Assembly (NCBI GenBank): GCA_002269645.1
Contig: NIVC01001020.1
Coordinates: 186,001-250,000 of the forward strand
Reading direction: 5' to 3'
Length of the DNA stretch: 64,000 nt
Source: Macrostomum lignano
Lineage: Eukaryota
Shown: positions 56,268 through 64,000 of the stretch, piece after piece
How the letters are laid out: every line of letters starts with the position of its first letter
Numbering within the stretch: the first letter of the stretch is position 1
Program-made: the position numbers and the translations under genes
Notes under the pieces: generated by a model
The model's input: only the letters and a program-made list of their open reading frames with translations
Told to the model about the DNA's origin: nothing
Database searches by the model: none

Positions 56268-59200
56268 TCAGGCCAAGTATTCGTATTTGTCCCGCTCGCC
56301 AGACTTCCTCTGCAGGTATTCCTTCTCGATGAGGGTGTCGATGTTCTTCTGCAACGCCAAAGCCCCGGATCTCAGTTCGACTGCCAGCGTCTTTCAGATA
56401 CTTGATAGCAAACTGACTGACTGACTGACTGACTGACTGACTGACTGACTGACTGACTGACTGACTGACTGACTGACTAACTGATTGACTGATTGACTGA
56501 CTGACTGACTGACTGACTGACTGACTGACTGACTGACTAACTGACTGATTGACTGACTGACTGACTGACTGACTGCCTGACTGACTGACTGACTGACTGA
56601 CTGACTGACTGACTGACTGACTGACTGACTGACTGACTAACTGACTGACTGACTGACTGACTGACTGCCTGACTGACTGCCTGACTGACTGACTGACTGA
56701 TTGACTGACTGACTGACTGCCTGACTGACTGACTGACTCCCTGACTGACTGCCCGACTGATTGACTGACTGACTGACTGACTTCCTGACTGACTGCCTGA
56801 CTGACTGCCTGACTGACTGACTGACTGCCTGACTGACTGACTGACTGCCTGACTGACTGACTGACTGCCTGACTGATTGACTGACTGACTGCCTGACTGA
56901 CTGCCTGACTAACTAACTACCTAACTTACTAACAAACCAAAAAATCGCGCCAGCAAGAATCCTCATACCTTAATCTGCTGCACGCTGGGCTTGAACTGGC
57001 TAAGCTGCGAGATGACCTCGGCCACCAGCTTCTGGTGCTTCATCTCCTTGCGAGTTTTCATGACCCGCACGAGGCAGGCCTGGATCATGTAGGACCGGTC
57101 CTCCTCCACCAGCCGACTGGTCTGCTCCTGCTCCTGCTTGCTCTCGCACTTCAGCTGCGAGTTCAAGTTGATGCGCAGCCGCTTGTTCTTGAAGTCCTGG
57201 TTCAGCGCCAGCCGGGTGCCGGGGGCCAACTCCGCGGCGTCTGCGGCGGCCTCCGCTGAGGGCAGGGTGAGCAGCTTGGCTTTGACTAAGATGGCCAGCA
57301 CCTGCTGCAGCACCTGCGGCTCAATGCTGGTCGTAGCGGCGATGTCCTGCACCGTGTAGCTGGTCTCCGTGTTGTACATCATCAGCACCGCGATCTGGTA
57401 GGTGGACACCTGCGGGTGGGTGCGGGGGGCGGAGGGAGCCGGCCTGGCGTCAGCTTGGCAACGCAAAATAGCACAGGAAAATCCCACACCCCAACCAAGA
57501 ATCCCACACCCAACCAAGAATCCCACACCCCAACCAAGAATCCTACACCCCAACCAAGAATCCTACACCCCAACCAAAAATCTCACACCCCAACCAAAAA
57601 TCCCACACCCCAACCAAGAATCCCACATCTCAACCAAGAATCCCACACCTCAACCAAGAATTCCACACCCCAACCAAGAATCCCACACCCCAACCAAGAA
57701 TCCCACACCTCAACCAAGAATCCCACACCTCAACCAAGAATCCCACACTCCAACCAAAAATCCCACACCCTAACCAAGAATCCCACACCTCAACCAAGAA
57801 TCCCACACTCCAACCAAGAATCCCACACCCCAACCAAGAATCCCACACCCCAACCAAGAATTCCACACCGCCAACCAAGAATCCCACACCTCAACCAAGA
57901 ATCCCACACCTCAACCAAGAATCCCACACTCCAACCAAGAATCCCACACCCTAACGAAGAATCCCACACCTCAACCAAGAATCCCACACCTCAACCAAGA
58001 ATCCCACACTCCAACCAAGAATCCCACACCCTAACCAAGAATCCCACACCCCAACCAAGAATCCCACACCCCAACCAAGAATCCCACACCGCCAACCAAG
58101 AATCCCACACCTCAACCAAGAATCCCACACCGCCAACCAAGAATCCCACACCTCAACCAAGAATCCCACACCGCCAATCAAGAATCCCACACCTCAACCA
58201 AGAATCCCACATGCCAACCAAGAATCCCACACCTCAACCAAGAATCCCACACCTCAACCAAGAATCCCACACCGCCAACCAAGAATCCCACACCTCAACC
58301 AAGAATCCCACACCTCAACCAAGAATCCCACACGCCAGCCAAGACCCGCAGCCTCACCTGCAGGGTGTAGCGGTTCTTGGTGAAGTTAGTGATCAGCTCG
58401 CCCCGACAGTAATTGTAAGAGTATTGCAACTTTCGGCCCTCGTGAGTCTTCTTGTAGAACCGATCGAATGTGGTGTAGCACCGTTCCAGCTGAAGTTGGG
58501 TGACGGGTTGATCTGGTGAATCTGGGCTGCTAGGCAAACTTAGTTGGGCTGGCGATAACCCCGAGGATTTGGGCACTAATATCCAGAGGATCTGGGATGC
58601 TTCGGCGCTAATCCTGAGGATCTGGGATGTTAAAGCGCTAATCCCGAGGGCGAGAATCTAGGATGTTGGATGTTTAGGCGCTAATCCTGAGGATCTGGGA
58701 TGTTTCAACGCTAATCCTGAGGATTTGGAATGTTTAAGCGCTAATCCCGAGAATCTAGGATGTTTAGGCGCTAATCCTGAGGATCTGAGATGTTTTAACG
58801 CTAATCCTGGGGATTTGAGATGTTTCAACGCTAATTCTGAAGATCTGAGATGTTTTAACGCTAATCCTGAGGATTTGAGATGTTTCAACGCTAATTCTGA
58901 GGATTTGAGATGTTTCAACGCTAATTCTGAGGATCTGGGATGTTTCAACGCTAATCTTGAGGATCTGGGATGTTTCAACGCTAATTCTGAGGATCTGGGA
59001 TGTTTCAACGCTAATTCTGAGGATTTGAGATTTTTTAACGCTAATCCTGAGAATCTGGGATGTTTCAACGCTAATCTTGAAAAATCTGGAATGTTTAAGC
59101 GCTAATCTTAAGGATCTGAAATAGTTTGATGCTAATTTTCAGGATATATTCAATAAGCTTTGAGCATTATTCCTGACGATCTTAGGAGTCGGGTTCTGAT

Positions 59201-62200
59201 CCTGAGGATCTTGGAGGTTCGATAGCAACAGACCAGCACACAGAACTTCTACCAGATAGCTCACCTCGCTAGGTATGGTGACACCCGAGCCCTGTGAGAT
59301 GTGAATAGGCCAGGCATTGCTTGACAACACTTTGATTTCAAAGTCCAGTCCCAGAGCTGCGCCATCCTTGGTCACGAAGTCCTGGAACCGGGTGTTGAGC
59401 TCACGAGAAGCGCCAATATCCTGGAACATCCGCTGCAGCTTGGTGGTGTAGTCAAACCCGCAGTTCTCCTTCAGCTTGGAGATCATGGACGATTCCACGT
59501 CCTCGGACACGCTCTGGTTGTACACCAGCCGGCGGGACAAGAAACGAGAGTAGAACTTCTGGAAGACGTCCTTGTCCTCGATGTACTTGAACACCGTCAT
59601 CACGTGGGTGAGGGTGTCCTCCAGTTCGTCTCCGACAACATTGTCCTGGGAAGAAGATTCGACGAGTTGGTGAGGAACTGGGAGACAGGATTAATCTCGG
59701 GAATTATTATTAAGATTGGATTGTAGGTGGCTCGGCAGGTGAGTGAAATGGATGTGGGTCAAGGGACAAGGGATGGATGATGTGGGTAAATGAATTGAAT
59801 TGATGTGGGTCAGCGGATAGATGATGCGGGTCAGCGGATGGAATTGATGTGGGTCAACGAATAGATGATGCGGGTCAGCGGATGGAATTGATGTGGGTCA
59901 ACGAATAGATGATGCGGGTCAGCGGATGGAATTGATGTGGGTCAGCGGATAGGTGATGCGGGTCAGCGGATGGAATTGATGTGGGTCAGCGGATGGGTGA
60001 TGCGGGTCAGCGGATGGAATTGATGTGGGTCAGCGGATGGGTGATGCGGGTCAGCGGATGGAATTGATGTGGGTCAGCGGATGGAATTGATGTGGGTCAG
60101 CGGATGGAATTGATGTGGGTCAGTGGCGACTCACCTTGGAGCCCTTCTTGAGCAGGGCATCGGAATACCTGGCCAGCAACTCGGGAGTTTTCTGATTATT
60201 CTTGGCCAGTTTAGTCAGCTCATTTCTGTTGATAAATTTCATGCAGGCCTTGTCCAGAGCTTCAACAAAGCGGCGATTGTTGCTGAAGGCCTGCAGCACC
60301 AGATTGTAGTACTTGCGGTGCACCCCCAGGATGGTGTCCACGTACAGCTTGGCGTCTTGGCCTTCGGAGCTCAGCACGGCTGACGAGACAGATTTCACCG
60401 CCTCGAGGCCTCGGTCAGCAACGTACTGCTCGAACAGTTCAACTAGGCGATCCAGCCCGTTCACTGGCAGCGAGTCGGAGCCTCCGGCAGCGTCGGCACG
60501 GTGCGGCTGCTGCACGTGGCTGCACAGGCGGTACATCCGGCCGAGGTCCTGCTCGCGATCGGCGTCCAACAGAGCGGGGAATTCCTGCCAGAACACGGAC
60601 AGGTGAGCGGCCAGCAGGGCCTCCATGCACCTGGGATGAAGAGAGGCGTTGGACAATAAAACTGACGGAGTTTTCCAAAGTTTAATTAATTAGCGCGATA
60701 CTACTTTAAGTAGGATAATTACTTGAAATGGCTTCAAGTCTAGATTAAACTGCAACTGTCTATGGCTTCAAGTCTAGATTGAACTGCAACTGTCTATGGC
60801 TTCAAGTCTAGATTAAACTGCAACTGTCTATGGCTTCAAGTCTAGATGAAACTGCAACTGTCTATGGCTTCAAGTCTAGATGAAACTGCAACTGTCTATG
60901 GGTTCAAGTCTAGATTAAACTGCAACTGTCTATGGCTTCAAGTCTAGAATGAACTGCAACTGTCTATGGCTTCAAGTCTAGATGAAACTGCAACTGTCTA
61001 TTGCTTTGTTTAGAATAAACTGCAATTAATTGTCTATGGCTTCAAGTTAAATTTCTAAAGAGTCACATCAGCAGATCTCTGACTCAGGCGCCATAGCCAA
61101 GGACAATTTAAAAAGTGTCACCTGGCCAGCAGTTTCTCCTCCGTGCTGCGGTGCACATAGTCCGAGCATCGCTTGCGCTCCTCCTCTAATCTGCGCTCGG
61201 CCTTAGCCAGGTAGGCTGTGACGGAGTTCTGCTGCAGAAAGTCGCGACTCTCCACTCTGTAGAACTGCTCTGTTTCGTCGAGAAACTGCCTCTCGAACAT
61301 CTCCTCGTAGAAGTGCAGCCGGTCCGTTGACGAGCCGCCTTTGCCGCTGCCGCCGCCGCCACCGCCAACGTGCGACCGGCTGCTGCCGCCGCGGCTGACG
61401 GAGCCCCCGGAAGCGGGGGCGGGCGAGCCGGAGGCCGCCATCGCCGAGGCCGCGCCGCCGTCGTCGCTTTCGAAGCCGAGCTCCACGTAGCAGTCGATTA
61501 TGACCTGGGCGGGGAATGCGGCAGTTGGTGAATGAGGCTCGCGATGAGTGGGTGATCGGTGAATGTAGCTGGTGATGGGATGAAAGATAGGTGAACACGA
61601 GGATTTTGATGAGGTGGAAGATCGGTGAATGGGGCTTGTGATAAGGTGGGATATCTGTGAATGGGGCTTGTGATGGGGTGGGATATCTGTGAATGGGGCT
61701 TGTGATGGGGTGGGAAATCGGTGACTGGGGCTTGTGATGAGGTGGGATATCTGTGAATGGGGCTTGTAATGGGGTGGGAGATCGGTGAATGGGATTCGTG
61801 AAAGGGTGGGAGATCGGTGAATGGGGCTTGTGATAGGGTGGGAGATCGGTGAATGGGGCTCGTGATGGGGTAGGAGATCGGTGAATGGGGCTCGTGATGG
61901 GGTAGGAGATCGGTGAATGGGGCTCGTGAATGTGGTGGAAGATCGGTGAATGGGGCACGTGATAAGGTGGACGATTAGTGAATGTGGATGGCAATGGGGT
62001 GAAATAGAATGTGCTCACCTTGAGATAGGCAGACTTGAGTATATTTTCGCCACGGCGCTCCCGCTCGATCTCCGACATGAGAGCAGGAATCACCTGGGCC
62101 TGGTGCGGCTTGAGCCAGTGCTCCTTCCAGGTGTTCAGAGCCAGTTGATAAACAAAGTAGATATTTTTGCGGCCCTCGTCGCACTCCCGTTTAACCCAGT

Positions 62201-62636
62201 TCCTGTTCAGGTAGTTGAAAATTCCGTCAACTGTGACGCTGCACTTTCTGAAGCGGCTCCAGTGGGTGTAGAAATACTCCAGCAGGTCGTTGCCGACTTT
62301 GCCATCGGCGCCGCGTTTCAGATCGACAACCCGAGCTTTGAGATCGTCTTTGAGCTTGGTGTAGAGCTCGTCGCCAACGAATCTGGCGCCGCCGCCCGTG
62401 TCCTTGGCGCCTCTGGCCTCGCCTTTGCCTTTCTTAGCCAACGGCTGGGTGACGCAGTTCCTAGCCGGGTCCACCGAGGTGCAGTAGTTGTAGATGTCAG
62501 TGTACATCTTCATGTATTGCGGCTTAGAGATGCCCTCCATGTTGTAGATTCTATCAATGCCCTGCTTCACCTGGGCCCACATCTCATTTAGGGATTGAAT
62601 GGAGGTGGCACCGCCATAGGGTGGGTATCTGCTCAT
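56268..62636 (-). CDS. CUL1: Cullin-1 (SCF scaffold); complement join(56268..56348,56969..57409,58358..58489,59265..59645,60135..60630,61122..61504,62019..62636), about 843 aa
   Basis: YTDIYNYCTS, NYLNRNWVKRECDEGRK, PELLARYSDALLKK, VFKYIEDKDVFQKFY, the neddylation motif VRVMKTRK and the C-terminal LIEKEYL...YEYLA all match CUL1. All junctions are GT-AG and phase compatible (2532 nt). Confidence 0.95.
56412..56935. repeat. (GACT)n microsatellite in CUL1 intron 6
   Basis: Directly visible. Confidence 0.98.
57478..58335. repeat. 20-bp minisatellite (CAACCAAGAATCCCACACCT) in CUL1 intron 5
   Basis: About 40 copies visible. Confidence 0.96.
58560..59125. repeat. 30-bp minisatellite in CUL1 intron 4, same family as 11385..11830 (reverse complement)
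   Basis: The reverse complement CTTTAACATCCCAGATCCTCAGGATTAGCG is nearly identical to the PARP1 intron 6 unit. Confidence 0.93.
59800..60122. repeat. 21-23-bp minisatellite (GATGTGGGTCAGCGGATGGAATT) in CUL1 intron 3
   Basis: Visible tandem array ending next to the donor. Confidence 0.92.
60728..61050. repeat. 34-bp minisatellite (GGCTTCAAGTCTAGATTAAACTGCAACTGTCTAT) in CUL1 intron 2
   Basis: About 8-9 copies visible. Confidence 0.93.
61560..61985. repeat. About 32-bp minisatellite (GGGGCTTGTGATGGGGTGGGAGATCGGTGAAT) in CUL1 intron 1
   Basis: Visible tandem array. Confidence 0.9.
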
Positions 62637-64000
62637 TGTGGCAGGAGCATTAGTGATATAATTTATTGCAATTAAATTACACTAGTTTATTCATTTTCAG
62701 AGGCTATGACATAAAACATTAAATTCTATATTTTTTCTTCTTAAAATAAAAAAATGTACTTTAAAAAATCCAAGAGGCTTTTTTATTTGAAATACATTTC
62801 TTTATATGCTTTTACTCATATAAATTTATATTCATTAAGTCTGACAAATTTGAAGCGATTTTTAGGGCAATTTGAAATTAATGATCTTTAATTTTCCTAA
62901 AGATTCATATATATTAACAATAAGCCTAAATTTATCTATCTATATGAGCATGAAAACTTAAGCAATAAAACCTAGTAATAAATAAGGGCATAGCCATTAT
63001 TCTAGGTCATGCAGCTTATACTACGAGAAGTTATATAGTAGTATACTTCTACGAGAAGTATACTACTCATAGAAGTTATGCTATTATATAGGCTAATTAT
63101 GATTTGTATGGCATGATAACATGGGATTAAAGATATTTGACAAAGACTTTAGTGAATTATTTGAAGTGATTTTTAGCAATCTTTCTATTTCATTAAATAA
63201 ATCTCATTTGCTTTTGAAACAAAAATTATTTTTTAATATTGGTCAAGAAATAAAACCTTATACCTATTTACTATGAAGCTGAAGACTATTTTGAGTAAAG
63301 GTTATTAGTCAAATATAAGAACAAGACTCTGATGCAAGTCTGAGAGCTTTGCTTAGTGTTATAGCTATATGAGCTATGCCTAGTAATACTAGTCTATTAC
63401 TAGTATAATAAAGTAGCAAGTCAATTTGCCAAAAGTTGATTTGTTGAAAGTAGGTTGTTTTACTAAAAGTTGTTGTTTTGTCAAACAAAAAAATAACAAA
63501 CAAATATCAATGAGAAAATATATTTTAATGATGAACAATGTTTATTTTATCTCGTATATGTTTGTTTTGTTTAAAATTGCTATTTAACAATCCAAACACC
63601 CTGCCTGCAGCTAGTGAATCAATAGTAATTAGTCATAAGTCCAATGCAATGGGGCAAGGAAGGTGAAGAATAGGATAAAGGCAAAGATGGCTACTATAAT
63701 AGGCAAAATTGGGAAAGAAGTCTCTCAATACATATTGGCTTAACTATCATATAGCCTATAAGTAGTAGATTGTTGTACAAAATTATTTTTTCCATTTTTT
63801 ATACAATTAAAAAAATTGCACTAGCAAAAGGGTATTCCAAAATTGATAGAGGCCTAATGGATTAAAATAATTCTCAGCAATGACAACCAAAAATTGAACT
63901 TAAGACCTTTAGACCATTAGCCTAAGTATTATAAATTAATTGAATTGGTGGATATCAGTTTGCTAATCAGGTTTTCTGCAAGTAGACTTTTGGCAAAAAG

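Overview
Eukaryotic (animal) genomic DNA. GC-rich exons and introns packed with minisatellites resemble the flatworm Macrostomum lignano, but the species is inferred and unconfirmed. Four conserved spliced genes can be rebuilt exon by exon with phase-compatible GT-AG junctions: PARP1 (+, 11 coding exons, about 1006 aa), CHMP2A/Vps2 (-, 2 coding exons, 234 aa), a DNA polymerase nu (POLN)-like family A polymerase (+, 8 exons, about 867 aa) and Cullin-1 (-, 7 exons, about 843 aa). A young 9.0-kb Ty3/gypsy LTR retrotransposon (near-identical LTRs, 4-bp TSD) lies antisense in the last PARP1 intron. It carries two tandem tRNA-Leu-type primer-binding sites. The perfect one is inside both LTRs, while the integrated end is set by the second, imperfect one. 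The window also holds a decayed gag-integrase-only gypsy relative, a LINE 3' fragment, hAT-type MITEs and three unassigned single-exon ORFs, one nested antisense in PARP1 intron 3. Almost every sizeable intron contains its own minisatellite. No CRISPR, rRNA or full tRNA genes are supported.
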